A program made the position numbers and the translations under genes. The notes under the pieces were generated by a model. It was given only the letters and a program-made list of their open reading frames with translations, was not told the origin of the DNA and did no database searches. From positions 41,170,001 through 41,234,000 of the forward strand of contig CM052818.1 of assembly GCA_028534125.1 (NCBI GenBank): a stretch of 64,000 nt of DNA, given 5' to 3'. Positions 35,711 through 49,930 of the stretch are shown piece after piece; within the stretch, counting starts at the first letter, position 1; each line of letters begins with the position of its first letter. Source of the DNA: Lama glama. Its lineage: Eukaryota.

Positions 35711-38399
35711 TTTGGTGTCCTCTAAGTTAATGCTGTAGATGTTCTCCTCTTTAAAAAAAAAAAAGTTTTGAAATGTAGATTCTCTCAGTAAAAAACCAAA
35801 GATAGTATACTGAGTTTCAAAATCTGTTAGGAATATATTCATAGGCACTAGATACATTAGATTATTTCTTTCCTTTAGCATCTTCCCATGCACAGTTAAG
35901 ATGAAGAGATATTAGAATTGCTCCTCCACCTCAGTGTATTAGGTTTAAGTATTACAATGAAATTTCTGAGGTCTAACACCTTCTGGGAAATCCATAAATC
36001 CTGCTCTAACAGTAAGGTGGTACATTAGGGAACTGTAAATGCACAATACGTGGAATATTCAAATGAGAAATATATCAAGCTTACTTAGGTCTTACTCAGA
36101 TAGCTCAGCAGACATAAAAAATATTTGGAGCCATATTCTCCCATTATATAAGATATTCACTAAATACTAATATTAATAAGACTTTATAAACTGCATTATC
36201 TGTGCAGGAACATTAGGATGGTACTTGGTAATTGCAGCCATAATATTCCAAGGGGGCACTCTAATGTCCTGAAACAGTTAACATATCTTTCAAATGTGTT
36301 TTTTATTTTGTTTCAGTTTGTTTTGTTTTGTTTTAAACAAAAAGATACTTTATAAACCCCAGAATCTGATGAGCTCCTTATCTAAATAACTTTTACATTA
36401 TCCAAAGCCTCTTCTAGAGTGGTATTGAAAACTAAAATATTAAAACAAACCAAAAAACAAAACAAAACAAAAAAACCCCAAGGAAACCTGTGATCCTTTA
36501 CCTGCATGTAGATTTTGCTGACTTCGTGATGAAGCACGTTCACACTCATTATTTTATTTCTCCATACAGCAGCACTATAAGGCCGGTAGGGAATTTACAT
36601 CCATTCCAGTGGCTCACTGCTGTATTCGAGCACAGCGCTGTATAGAAATCCCTTGTACTGATTCAGATAGAATTATACTCAGAGGTAAAGCCCATTAAGT
36701 GGTAGAGTCATAACTGGAAGCCACATTTTATGCATTCTAACCCAGTTTTATTACTACTACTCCAAGTGCTTGTTAGAATTTTGTTAGAAGGAAGAGAGAT
36801 GAACGAACACCCTCGATGGACCCACTGATTTAATAGGTCCAGTAAGAAAACAGCATCCTGAGCAGGCCTGGTCAGTATTAGACAATGTTCCTGCTACCTC
36901 CCAGCTTAAGTGCACGCCTTTCAAATTCCTCATTTATGTGGCAGGATGGATGGTGGAGCTTCTCTCATCCATCCTCATGTGTTTCTCATGTCTTTCAGCT
37001 TATTTTTCTCTTGAGTCCCACATTGTCTCCTGATAATGATTCTTCTATATGCATGAGGGAGAGACAAGATATTAATTATATACAGTATGCAACAACATCC
37101 TCTCTATGAGAATATTATCATCTGAATCTCTCCCAATTCAAATATTTCTTCTCCTAAATCCTATCTGCCTCTCTGGCTACCACTATATCTCTTTCTTCCC
37201 TATTAAAGCCAAACTTGATAGAAACTTTACGTACTTCCTCAGTGGCTTACCCCTTAGCTCTCTGTAATCTGGATGTGATGCCCAATATTCCAGCTCAGAT
37301 GGTTTTTCTGAGGTCATTACTGATCCCTGGGTTGGGGATCCAGTGTGTACTTTGTAGTGTTCATATGGCCTGATCTCTCTGAAGTATGGCTCTGACTGGA
37401 CTAGGCCTCTTTTTGTCATATCCCTATGGATCATTTGTCTTCAAATCTTCATATAGTGCTTCATACACTTATTAAATGAATAGATAGTTACTAAATAGCA
37501 ACTATGTGCCAGGTGCTGTTCTTACAGCCATGCGTTTTGCCATCTTTCAGTACTTTGATTTTTATTTACCAAGTGAGTATGTATGAGGGTACTCATGCAA
37601 GTTCAGAAAGAAATATCAGCTGGATCATATAATACAGCAAAATTTGTGTGTTTGTTTTTATTCATAGAAGCTTAAAATTTATATATTGGCAGTGGAAACT
37701 TCCATGGCTCTTGTTTATGAGAACAACATAGAGTTTACTTAATCACCAAGTGGAAGGTTCCTAATGTCACAACCTTTACACTCCTTTCACTAAGATAACT
37801 TTATGTTGGAATGAGAATGGTTACTATGTGATCCAAGATTAGATTACCAGAAGGAAAACATTTAGACTAGAAAATAACTGGAAAATTTTCACATTATTTG
37901 AAATCAAATAGCAGATTTGGAGAAATTATCTGTTCATAAAGAACTATGCAGTTTGTAAACTCCTTGTATTGTAAATTCAAAGAGAAATTCATAACCTGTA
38001 CGTTTTTCTCAACTTGGAAATAAGAAAATTGAAGCATGTATTTATGAAGTTTATCTACAGCCAGATAGAACATGAGTGACACAGTTGGTCCTTAAAGTTC
38101 AGCATTTCTCTATGAAAGGAAACTGAACGTCCAGGCTAGATGTCCACCCTCAGTGCTTCCATAGCATGCATCATACTGAATTCTATTCACTCATTTGTTT
38201 TTAGTCTTCTCTGTTAAACAGTGGCCTCTGAAAGTAGACCTGTGGCTGACTTATATCAGTATCCAAAGCATCTAGCACAATAAAGAAATCATTATTGAGT
38301 ACATGTACATGGTATGATAAATACTGTGTTGAGTGCTTCATGTACAAAGATGTAAAAAAATGATTTAGGTGTTAGAATAGACCCTCCCACCCACAATGT

Positions 38400-38935
38400 C
38401 TCATTTAATTAATTGATTCCTCATGTATTTTTGAACATTTATAATAAGCCAGGCATTAGGCTAGGAGCTGGATGTTCAACAGTGAACAAGTCAGAAATTT
38501 CTACTCTCAGGAACTTAACATGCGGCATGAGAGATAGTAAACAAATAAACACTCTAACAAAAAGAGAATTCCAACTAATAATACCTTCTAAGAAAGAAAA
38601 GGACATATAAAGTAATGAAAGAAAGGCTATCAGGATTGAGGGAATAGGATTTACATTGGGAAGTCAGGACAGGCCTCTCTGAGAAAAGCACACTTGAGCT
38701 GAAATCTGAGTGGTGAGGAAGACGTGATTGGATGTCAGTGAGAACATCCCAGGAGGCTGTAACGGTAAGTGTGGTGGCCCTGGAACAGAAAGGAACATGA
38801 TGTGATGGAGTGATCTGGCTAAAGGTCATTGAGCAAAAAGGAGAGAGATGTAAGATGAAGGGGGAAAGCTGGGCAGGGGCCAGATCATGATAGTAATGAT
38901 AAAGGACTTGGATTTTATTCCAAGTGTAATCCATT
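38400..38935 (-). mobile_element. L2a 3' region
   Basis: gccaggcattaggctaggagctggatgttcaacagtgaacaagtcag...gtcaggacaggcctctctgagaaaagcacacttgagctgaaatctga...ggcaggggccagatcatg. Confidence 0.8.
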
Positions 38936-39250
38936 TTTTAAAAAATAGCTTTTTTATTTTAGAATAGCTTTAGATTTTGAGAATTATTGAGAAGAGAGAA
39001 CAAAGTTCCCAAATATATCACATCCAGTTTTCCTATTATTAACATCTTACATTTGTATATAGTGCATTTGTCACAACTGAAGAATCAATATGGGTATTTT
39101 ATTATTAACTAAGGTCCATATTTTATTCATATTTACTCAGTTTTTCTCTAGTGTTCTTTTTCTGTTTCATTATCTCATTCAGGTTACCACATTAGGATTA
39201 GTCATCATGTCTCCTTAGGCTCCTCTTGATTGTGACAATTTCTCAGGCCT
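38936..39250 (-). mobile_element. Old L1 (L1MC-like) 3' terminus
   Basis: cagttttcctattattaacatcttacatt...tattaactaaggtccata...agtcatcatgtctccttaggctcctcttg. Confidence 0.75.
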
Positions 39251-41439
39251 GTTTCTGATTTATGTCTCTCTCCCAAATATCTAGCACAGGATGCTAGGGC
39301 TCAATAGGTTTGTTTGTTAAGTATAGGAACACAGACACTCATGTCTGTCTGTCTGTCTGTCTTTCTGTCTGTCTCTCTCTCTCTCATATCTGTCTCCACC
39401 CTAAGTGGATATACAACATGGTAGGGGGAGCTTAAGATTTTCCTGTGTATCTGTTCTTCACTAAAATGGGGCACTGTTGATGATGGTCCTGGACACAGAT
39501 CCATACCCTCTGTTCTGTTGAGCCTATTTCACTGGCTGCCAAGGGCTGCCTGTAGGATACTCTCTTTGGAAACTTTCACTTATGTAGACAGATACATAAA
39601 TAATAGATAATTTTTGAATCTTAGAAAAGCTCTATTTGGTTTCTGCCTTAGCTCCAGGAGTACATTGAGTTCCATGACAAAAGTATCATTTTAATCCCCT
39701 TGCTTCTTGCTTTGGCTCATATCCTTGTTTTTTCATGCCTCCTATCTCACTCCCTGTCTTCCCTCTGTTCTCGGGAACTGAGTAGAGATGAGGCAGGACT
39801 TCCTTTGACTTTGAACTATGATGACTGACTCTTTTTCAAGATGCTGGTTCTAGAAGTCTAAGAACTTTCTATTTTCATCCCGTTAAGAAGGAAGTAGTGG
39901 CTCTAGAAAAACTTTGTGCTTTCCTCCCATCTGAGTTACTGTAGCTTCTGAGTATGTTGTCCTGAGACGACAGAGCAGACAGATCACTTCTTGCTTTTGG
40001 TTCTCAAGTCCTCCATTAATTCCCACACCAACAAGAGATTCAGGCCCCCTGAGGGACAAGCACATTTCTCTCTAAAGTGGTCAATGCTGTTTGTAAAATA
40101 TACTTTTTTACTTACTTAAATTTTGATTACAAATATAGCCTGCTTCATCTTCTTCACCTCCAACTTTCTTGAAAGGCTTTTCTTCAGACCATGAGCATAA
40201 GTGATTATAGACTTTGTGAGGACAGGACAGGGCAGAGCCTTTTCTCATCCATGTGTATCTGTTGAATTAAAAGGACCTGTAGCCTGGGATTCGGTTTCCT
40301 GAAGCAAAATGGAAACAGAAAATTGAAGGAAACATGCATTTTCTACCAGCAGGTACATTGATAGCAACAAAAAGTGACAACTGAAAATTCTAAATTTAAA
40401 TATGTCTCTGACACAAAATAACAGAGTAGACACAAGTACTCACAGGGCCATTTAGTTTAGAGGCGATCCTTTTACATACTTCAGAAGCTTCAGGGCATCA
40501 ACAGCAGACAGCACCATAGTAATATTCTTAGTAAGAATCCTTAGTAGGAAAGAAAAAGCTAAATCATGTTGATTCTTTGGAAGATTTTATTTCAGATATC
40601 TTCATTAAAACATATTACACACATATATGCTGAATTTCTTTAAGACTCACAATCTAGGGGGCAAACTAGGTCACAGGACTAGAAACTGAAATTTCACAGG
40701 CTTATAGATACACTTTATGTAATATCGTATCTCTGGTTCACTGAAATATTTCCTTCCTGTCTTTCTGGAAGTCTCTGGGAAGTAAGTTACTTTTTTTTTT
40801 CAGGAAAACATTCTGCTTCTACTGGGTGCAATGTTTTCTCTGTCTGTCACTGCAGTTTTTCTGGCTACCGCATTGCTCCATTCCCCTGGTCTCTGCAGGT
40901 CTCCAATGCCTTCTGAGCACTGTAAACTTCACTGAGCACAGTGTGATATCAGTTTCTATCAAGGACTCCACTTGAGGCTTCCAGGTATGAAGGCTGCTCC
41001 ATAATGTGTGGTGATACATGTACATCTTTCCCAGTGGTGCAGCCATGCACCTGAGTCCCAAAGTGGTATAGAATTTTAGTGTACAAGTTCTTCCAGATTT
41101 TACCTACAGCTCTCCTGTTTCTTAAAAGATTTAGATCTGAGTGCAGTGAGACAAGCCCTGGAGGTAGTTACCATGTTATATTCAGATCAAGTTTTCCCCT
41201 TAATGACTCAGGATTTGCTTATTGACTCAATCTCAGAAAGGTTTTTTCCTTCACTTAGGATTAATCTCAGAAAATTCTTCGTTCTTCATGGAAGTAGTTG
41301 TCTGGAAGGCTGCTCCCAAATTTTAGTAGTATGCTCAGATGCATAAGAATTCTTTTCTTTCTCCCCTCTTTCTTTCCTTCCTTTCTTCCTTTATTCTTTT
41401 TTTCTTCTTTCCCTCCCTCCTTCCTTTATTTCCCTCTGC

Positions 41440-42910
41440 AAGTATTTTACAGAAACATACCAGATTCCAGGTCCTATCTAGATGATAGGACCATAGCAAT
41501 GAACAGAATAGACAATGTCTGGACTTCCACAGAGTCTTGTGGGAGAAACATAACAAAAAGTAATCGAATATATGGGGATACTATTTAGATGAGATGGTCA
41601 TAAAGGCTTGGATCAGGTGCCATTGCAGAAGAAACATCAATAAGGAAAGGAGATGGAGCAATGGATATCTGAGAGAAAATGATTCTGTCTCTGAAGCAGC
41701 AGTCAGTTCAAGGGCCCTGGGGCAGGAGCACACCTGGCTTGTTGGAAGAACAGCAAGAATGCTAGATTGATTGGAACAGAGTGGGTGAAATGGAGAAAGA
41801 GATAGGAGAAGGGGTCTGAGGGTTACCCAGAGTGACAACTCAAGTAAGGCCTTGCACATCTAGGCAGGACTTAAAATAAATAAATAAATACAGATTGAAA
41901 AACACCTTTGTGAAGTCTTGAGCAGAGGATTCAGATGATCTCACCTGAAAGTATCACTCTTGCTACTGTGTAGAGATTAGATTATAAGATGGTAAGTGTC
42001 AAAGGAAAGAGAAGGGTAAACTATCACAAAAATCCAAGTGAGTGGTGGTGGTAGTCTGATTCAGATGACAGAAGTGGACAGGTGTGAGAAGTGGTCCATT
42101 TTTGGATATTACTTAAAAGTACTGAAATCAAATCCTATATTACTTAAGGAATGAATTATTTAATACATATGAAAGGTATGATTTCAAGGGTAATTTCACT
42201 GGTTTTGATCACAGAAACCTACAGGTTATAATTACCATTTACAGAAAGGGGGGATGTTTGGAGACCAACGGGTTGGAGCAGGTGGAATCTGAGCTATGGG
42301 CTTGGACATACTAACTTTGAGGTATTTGTTAGATACTCAAGTAGAGATGTTGTATTAATTTGTTAGGGCTGTTGTGACAAAGTACCCCAAACTAGGGGGC
42401 TTAAATAATAGAAGTTTATTTTTTCATGGTTGTGAAGGCTAGTTGTCCGAAATCAATGAGGGGTTAATTCCTTTCAATGGCTGTGAGGGAAGGATCTGCC
42501 CTAGGCCTTTTTCCTTGGCTTGTAGTTGGTTATCTTCTCCCTGTGTCTCTTTATACCATCTCCCTTCAATGCACACCTGTATCCAGATTTCCTCTTATAA
42601 GGGACCAATCATACTGGATTAGGATCCTCCCTACTAATCTCATTTTAACTTTTAACTTAACTCTATATAAAGACCATATCTCCAAATGAGGTGACATTCT
42701 GAGGGTAATGGGGATTAAGGACTTCATGCATAAATTTTGGGGTAGACACAATGCAGCCCATAACAGATGTCAAGTCTAGGAAAAGGATGGAGATGAGATG
42801 TGTATTTGTTATTATCTGCACATAAATGGTGTTTAAAGCCATAGGGCTGCGTAAGATCACTGTCATGAGTGGAGATAGAGATGTCTTCAGATGCTCTAAC
42901 ATTTAGAAGT
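41440..42910 (-). mobile_element. L2 LINE (~1 kb) split by an MLT1 LTR
   Basis: Reverse L2 motifs continue across the LTR (ttagatactcaagtagagatgt | caagtctaggaaaagg...gtgtttaaagccatagggctg). Confidence 0.75.
42351..42765 (-). mobile_element. MLT1B/C-like MaLR solo LTR
   Basis: TGTATTAATTTG...CCCATAACA termini with exact 5-bp TSD GATGT (42346-50; 42766-70). Confidence 0.9.
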
Positions 42911-45246
42911 GAGTGATTCTTATTCAGACTCATTCTGAATCACCAGTCACATGTATTTTCATAAAGTATAATTTCATCTAAATTATGAGGCTGTGACATT
43001 CTAGGCCACTCAGGGTTCAAGCCAATGGGTCCTGCTTTCAGAGGAGAAGGGCCCTTTGTGGGATGGTTGAGATTAAAGCAGAGACTTTGCATAGAGAGGG
43101 TAAAGGTTCTTCTGATGAACTCTGATGCCAGTAGCTGTTGTTTTCTTTGAAAAGTTCACTTGGAGGCCATTTTTAGCATTATCCTAGAAGAACTTAAAGC
43201 AAATCTTTAAGTATATTAGGGAACTTTGCCTTGGCTGAATGATAGCCTTGATACAAAGGAAATAGGAGACCTGTTTCAGATGTAAAACTCTCACGATGTC
43301 CTGGAGATGAACTCAACATAGCCATTGCCTTTTTGTCTTTTGTTACTTAGTGACATGTTACAGACCATTTTGCTTATTTTGAGCTTTCAGGGTAACTACA
43401 AATCATGATTTGGCCGTGTTCCTGAACAGGTGGTCTTCATCTGGTTGTCGGACATTTGCTGAGCATCCTTAGCAAATCATGGCCCTGGGTAGGATGACCA
43501 CCAATGTGGTCTAAGGGGGAGAATGTGATGATGTTGCTTTCTGGGATAATTCTCCAAATAGACAGCAAATTATATTAGGAAAAGCATGGAATGGAGGCAC
43601 AAACTTTCTTCCTAGCTCTGACTCCAGTCTAGTACATATCATGGACTAGTTACTTATTCCTAGACTTTGCCCAGTAGGACATGGACTTAATGACTTCTAA
43701 GGCTCCTCCTAGATCTATTGTTTTATAGTCTTATGACTTGAAAATAATCTTTAATTTGTAAAAGCTATCACTATTTCCAGGGAGCATAGACAGACACCCT
43801 TGGCCTAGTTCTGTGACTTGACGTTGGCTGTGGTGTGACATTCTGGGCTGGAAGACTAAGAGTGTTCGTGATAACAAAATAATAAGAATGTTTCAAAAAC
43901 AAATCCCCAGCACCCCAAATCTTGCCTCCGGTGTAACTTTTTGCTCTTATTCTCGTACACCCACCTTGTATCTGTGACTCACATTCCATTAAAATGTGTT
44001 TAAAGTGATTTTTGTGAGTGTTAGACTTCGAAGTGTTCAACTTCCTTGAGAAATATATTTTAAAATGTTACCTTTTGATCTCATCTTCAGAATGTTACTT
44101 AGGGCTACCTTTCTCTTATTTGGGTCCAGTTGGGGGACTCCCTGTTACTTTCTGTTCTCAGACCAACACTCTGAAGTGTGATTGTAAATATGAGGCTGAC
44201 TTTGGAGAATACTTGTCTACCTTGTAACTATAAAGCCCCAGAAATCTCCCCCCAGCTAAGATTACACCTTCAGTGGTTTCTCAGAATTTAAAGTTCTCCT
44301 GGGCTTTGGAGACAATTTTGGACACATTGTCAGGTATTGTTCTGAATTATCAACAAAGGAGACATAGGATTATGTCTATTCAGTGGTGCTGAAACTCCCT
44401 AGCTGGTATGGTAAGGTTGCCTCTTGCTCCAAATACTGAATTCCCTTTTCTTCTTCTGGAGTCTTCATTTGCAGACTGTCTTCTCATGAGGCTATTACTT
44501 GTCATGTGTATCTTAAGAGTTAATTAAATTAAAAATCTTAAATGGCTAGAGCTGGAAGTGAACTTAAAGATAATTAGACTCATGAGACAACATGTCTAGT
44601 GGTAAAGCAAACTGTTGAAGGCCACACTGAGACAGGGGGCAGTGCTGGGACTAGAACAGATTTGGGACTCTGACGGAACCTTCAGCATGAGATTGAGGTG
44701 CATCCATCTGTACAGCCTACGGTACCTCCCAGTGAGTCCAAATATTTTTTTCCTAAGTGGAATCTTATTTTTGATGAAATAAAGATTTACATTTAAAACC
44801 CCATGTTTTTGATGTACATATTTATAAACCTTGAGGAATAACTAATGGTTTAATGGTTCTGGCACATTATGACTTTGAGTACAAAAGATTTTGTGTGGAA
44901 ATAGAGGTTTTTTTGGTGTTCCTTTATTGTTTTGGTGGGTTAAGGACTAGGCAGCTTCTGGAGTTTATGAAAGTTAGGTAAATGAAATCTATTTAGAAAG
45001 CGTATGAGTGTGGATCTGCCTCATCCTGAAGACTCTGTACCCATAGTTCTTTCTCTGTAGCTGCCTGCCTGACAATGTAGAATTAGGATCTGTTTCAAGG
45101 GGATGAACCATAAAGGAGACCAACTGAAACAGAGCTCCTTTTCCTTTTTAGAATTCATCTCAGAAGTCCATGAGAACCCTCTTCCTTTCCCTTCCACATT
45201 TCTAGATCACGGACCTCCACATTTTTTCTGTGGTTACCTCTATAAA

Positions 45247-45302
45247 AACACTTACAATGTGCTATAAATGTCTAAGAACACTTACAATGTGCTATAAATG
45301 TC
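45247..45302. repeat. Tandem duplication, 30-bp period (26 bp identical)
   Basis: aacacttacaatgtgctataaatgtc at 45247-45272 and 45277-45302. Confidence 0.9.
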
Positions 45303-45547
45303 ACCTGCCACTGGAGGCAGTAGGCCTGTTGTAAACCCTGGGCCAAAGAAAAGCTGCAAACAGGCATCTGCTCTGTAAAGTCCTGTGGTGACCTTGCTTT
45401 GATTAGTTCTGAGCTCCTGGCTAAGTAAATTGGGTAATAAAGCTCTTCCATCCGCCCTTCCCACCAGCATGGCTGCCCTTCCTTTGGTGTAGTTTCTACT
45501 TTTTATGTTCATAGCATTCTGCTCATTCTGTCTGATCCTTGTTTTCT

Positions 45548-45816
45548 ATCTTTCTTTCTTTTTTTTTTTTTTGATTGTAGTATAGTCAGTTTACAATGTG
45601 TTAATTTCTGGTGTACAACATAATGTTTCAGTTATACATGTACATACACATATTCATTCTCATATTCTTTTTCATTATAGGTTACTACAAGATGTTGAAT
45701 ATACTTCCGTGTGCTATACAGAAGAAACTTGTTGTTTATCTATTTATGTATAGTAGTTAGTATCTGCAAATCTTGAACTCACAATTTATCCCTTCTCACC
45801 CCCTTTTCCCCTGGTA
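45548..45816 (-). mobile_element. 5'-truncated lineage-specific L1 3' end
   Basis: Poly-T followed by gtagtatagtcagtttacaatgtg...; exact 16-bp TSD ctgatccttgttttct (45532-47; 45817-32). Confidence 0.9.
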
Positions 45817-46929
45817 CTGATCCTTGTTTTCTTGGCTGACTTCCACACATTTGATATTTAGGTCTGGTTTTATAGTTTACTTACATGAGCTCAGTGCCTG
45901 GCATGTAAAAGATGTCCCCAAATGATTAAAACCACTTGAGCATTTGTGAACTCATTCCATTTTCATAAATTACATCTCCACGTTCTTTGTTTCACTTCAG
46001 ATATCCACATACGATAGGCATAATTTTCCTTTCCAAGTGGTTCAGTGGATACTATGACCTCTGTTTTTGATTTCAGGTTTTTGCTTTAGCCAAGTGCTTT
46101 GAGCATCCGAGCCTCTGAGAGACAGGGAAGGAACCATCAGGACGTGCCTGAGAAAGAGGTAGCATTTGAGCTGGCCTTTTGTAGAGGAGTAAGACGTTAA
46201 CGGCTGGTGGTGAGAAAGATAAAGGGCCCCAGGGGAGCTCTCAGTCCAGTGATGCCACAGTGGCGGACAGGGAAGAACCCTCATGCCAGGATGCAGAGTT
46301 AAAACACCTTCTGGGATGTCCTCAGACCCAGGTTTGCTGACCCATAATGTTAAAGCCTTGTCTCTTGTGATAGCTGCTTCCACAAGTAACTTCAGTTTGT
46401 TCGCTTGCTGTTACGTTTGAGGTTCTGCACACAATGGCTGAGTTTTGATGCTTGCCTTCTGGGCAAGTGCCTTAGTTACTGTTAGATGCACCCAGATAAA
46501 ATAGACGTGTATTCATAGGTATGTGGCCATTGAGTCAAAGGTACCCTGACTAGTTCTTTTTCTAAAAAATGCAATCTTCGTGCAGTAGGAAATGATAAGC
46601 AATATATTAATTTTGAATAGAACGGAAGAAGTAACACTTGAAAAAAGAACAAAGAAGAAATGAATCTTAGTCACAGGTTAAGCTTGCCTGTCTTCTATTT
46701 AACCCGTTTTTCCACTGGATTACTCAGTCTTACCAAGACTTCATTTCCTATGTGAACTTTCCTGAATCAGAAGCTGAGCTGATCATTAAGACTGTTAAGA
46801 ACCTGGTGTTATAAGAACCCATGTGACTCATTCTTGGTGAGGCTCTGCCTTCTTGTTTAAGCTGAACTGTCTCCTCTTCAGAGTGATTCAGAATTCAGCT
46901 TTCTGGGGAATTAGCTCTTCCAGAGACAA

Positions 46930-47160
46930 TGGTTAAGGTTAAGACCTGACCCACTCACTGAGTTCTAGAACAAGCCCGGCAACTTAAGAAGCTCAGTGAT
47001 TTGGACCAAATCTCTGGGCACAATTTTCTTCTCCTTAGGCCAAGAACATTTATAATAGCTCTATCAAAAGGCTGTCTTGAGGATTAACTAGATAATTTGT
47101 ATAAAGTGCTTATCACAGCCCTTGACACATTGTAAACATTCAATAAACACCAGCCACATT
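46930..47160 (+). mobile_element. MIR SINE
   Basis: gctgtcttgaggattaactagataatttgtataaagtgcttatcacagcccttgacacattgtaaacattcaataaac 3' part. Confidence 0.65.
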
Positions 47161-48783
47161 ATTTTTACTTAGAGCTATTTCCTCTGCAGGGCAAGGAGGA
47201 ATCTTTTTCAAGTTTCTGCAATTCCCAGGGGCACGCTGGCAAGTGTGTGGAGGGGCTGACGCATCCATCCCCATGGTGACGACTGACCCTCCCAGTCAGC
47301 AGAGAGCAGCCAAGTTCTTAGGGAGAAGTAAGGTTGTCATGATTATTCTCATTGCAGACACAAGGAAACTAAAGGTCAAAGATTTTACTGCCAATCATTT
47401 GTGCCTAGTATATTATATTCCACTCCACCAAGTCTTAGCAGAGGTAGGTTCCGTATAGTTAGATCTACCAGATTTAGTGAACTCACGTTCTCTGTAGTCT
47501 GTCCTGCAGCTCAGCTACAATAACATGACTTTCTTATGTGATGAGCATCCACGTTGCTGCTTTGGATGGTTCTCTCCCTGGCTGGTGTGGAAGGCGTGCT
47601 CTTGTCATCCTCATCACTCTTCTCTTTCATCAGAGCTCTCTGTCTTTCATTATCCAAGAGCTTCACCTCTATCCTGTAGTCTGTTTGATCTCTCTTCTAA
47701 TGTATCATTAGCAGTTACTCTAGGTTTCTTTGAGATATAATTTATGATTTGGCCATTTTTACACCTTTGAGAGCTTTAAAACATATTTTAAAAAACTAAT
47801 AAATGCATACAATTATTTAATCAAATAAGAAAATGCTTAGAAACATATCATCCATGAAAAGTGCATGAGCTGTCATATCAAGGTCAAAATAAGTGACAGA
47901 TATTTAATGTTACATGTTGTAGAAATTCTAATTTTTACTTCATAAACACTTGGAAAAGTTCATAATGTTTATAAACAGTCACTACTGATCTGCATTATTG
48001 ACTGGAGAGAGTGCATTAAATTCTTGCCTTAGGAAACCTGTTTAATTGTGTTTGTGTGTGTGTGTGTCTGGGTGTATATGAGAATGGGTCTTATGTTTGT
48101 CACATGGCTAATAAGTGGTGGAACTTGGATTTTAAGGCCCGTCTGGCTGACCGAATTCCACAGTCTTTCAAGCAACTAAATTCCTTCTCTCCTTCAACCC
48201 CTTCATCGACTTGCTCTTGACGTCCAAGGCTGGCTTTTAACAGGAAATTTCTTTTCAGGGACAGCTTCTTGGAGCAAGCTACAATTGACTAGTTTATTGC
48301 CTCAAATATGACATTAAGCAGTTCACTTATTGTATCTGAAGGCAAGTGAAAATAACCAAATACAACTCCCTGTAAACATTCTCAATTTCCTTGGGATCCT
48401 GAATTCTCGATTTTCCTCTATTCAATGAGGAAAATTTATTGTCCCCTTAGACCTTGCCATCTACTGAGTGTTGGTGCTGTCAGAGAATCTCTACAGACCA
48501 CAATAATTCTGTAGAATGATTTTGTCTTAGTCCACCTAAATGTATTATGCTGGAAATCATAGAAGTTTAAAAATGAATTATTTAAATCATTTTCCCTTTT
48601 CTCAAGGAGCTTACTTGTTTAGTTAGGGAAACCAGATGCATACATGTTATACGCAGTTATTGAGCACATACTATGTGACCAGCACTCTTGTAACTGGTGC
48701 AGATAAGAGTGCCTCTAACTTCAGAAGGATCTTATCAAGTACCTGCTAGTATTATAATCTCAGTTTTATGTACTAGGAATCTG

Positions 48784-49283
48784 NNNNNNNNNNNNNNNNN
48801 NNNNNNNNNNNNNNNNNNNNNNNNNNNNNNNNNNNNNNNNNNNNNNNNNNNNNNNNNNNNNNNNNNNNNNNNNNNNNNNNNNNNNNNNNNNNNNNNNNNN
48901 NNNNNNNNNNNNNNNNNNNNNNNNNNNNNNNNNNNNNNNNNNNNNNNNNNNNNNNNNNNNNNNNNNNNNNNNNNNNNNNNNNNNNNNNNNNNNNNNNNNN
49001 NNNNNNNNNNNNNNNNNNNNNNNNNNNNNNNNNNNNNNNNNNNNNNNNNNNNNNNNNNNNNNNNNNNNNNNNNNNNNNNNNNNNNNNNNNNNNNNNNNNN
49101 NNNNNNNNNNNNNNNNNNNNNNNNNNNNNNNNNNNNNNNNNNNNNNNNNNNNNNNNNNNNNNNNNNNNNNNNNNNNNNNNNNNNNNNNNNNNNNNNNNNN
49201 NNNNNNNNNNNNNNNNNNNNNNNNNNNNNNNNNNNNNNNNNNNNNNNNNNNNNNNNNNNNNNNNNNNNNNNNNNNNNNNNNNN
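48784..49283. other. Assembly gap (500 N)
   Basis: Run of exactly 500 N, probably a placeholder size. Confidence 0.99.
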
Positions 49284-49389
49284 CAAAGGCATTGCTTTTC
49301 AGAAGTAAATTCAAAGATTCTCTGTGTTAGAGAGGAATTTGGAGGTCTCTGATGCTTTCAATTTTTTAAATCAACTTTATAGAAAAATA

Positions 49390-49930
49390 TTTTTCCAGTT
49401 TTATTGAGATATAATTACATATTTTATAGTAGTTTTAGGTTCACAAAATAACGATTTGATTTATGTATATACTGTGAAATGACTACTGCAATAAATTTAG
49501 TCAATATTCATCACTTCACATAGTTACAAATATCTTCTTGTGTTGAGAACTTTTCTTTAATTGAAATATACTTGATGTACAATGTTGTGTTAGTTTCTGG
49601 TGTACAGCATAGTGATTCAATTATGTGTATATATATATATTCTTTTTCATATTCTTTTTTTGGGTTGAGAACTTTTAAGATCTACTCTCTGAGCAGCTTT
49701 CTAATATAGGATACAATATTGTTCAGGTTAGCCACCAGGCTGTATGTTACATCCTCAGAACTTACTTACCTTAAAACTTGAAGTTTGTACCTTTGGACCA
49801 CCTTCACCCATTTTACCAAACCCCTACTCTTCACCTCTGGCAAGTCTGTTCTCTGTATCTATGAGTATAGATTTAAAAAAAAAAGATTTGACACAGTATT
49901 TGTCTTTCTCTGTCCCCTTTCACTTTGAGT
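49390..49930 (-). mobile_element. L1MA-like 3' end with nested younger L1 tail (49555-49663)
   Basis: ttttattgagatataattaca...ctcagaacttacttaccttaaaacttgaagtttgtacctttggacca. The nested insert has an exact 13-bp TSD gttgagaactttt (49542-54; 49664-76). Confidence 0.8.

Noticed and set aside
48697..49314. Three longest ORFs (182-203 aa)
   Set aside because: Open only because they span the 500-N gap.
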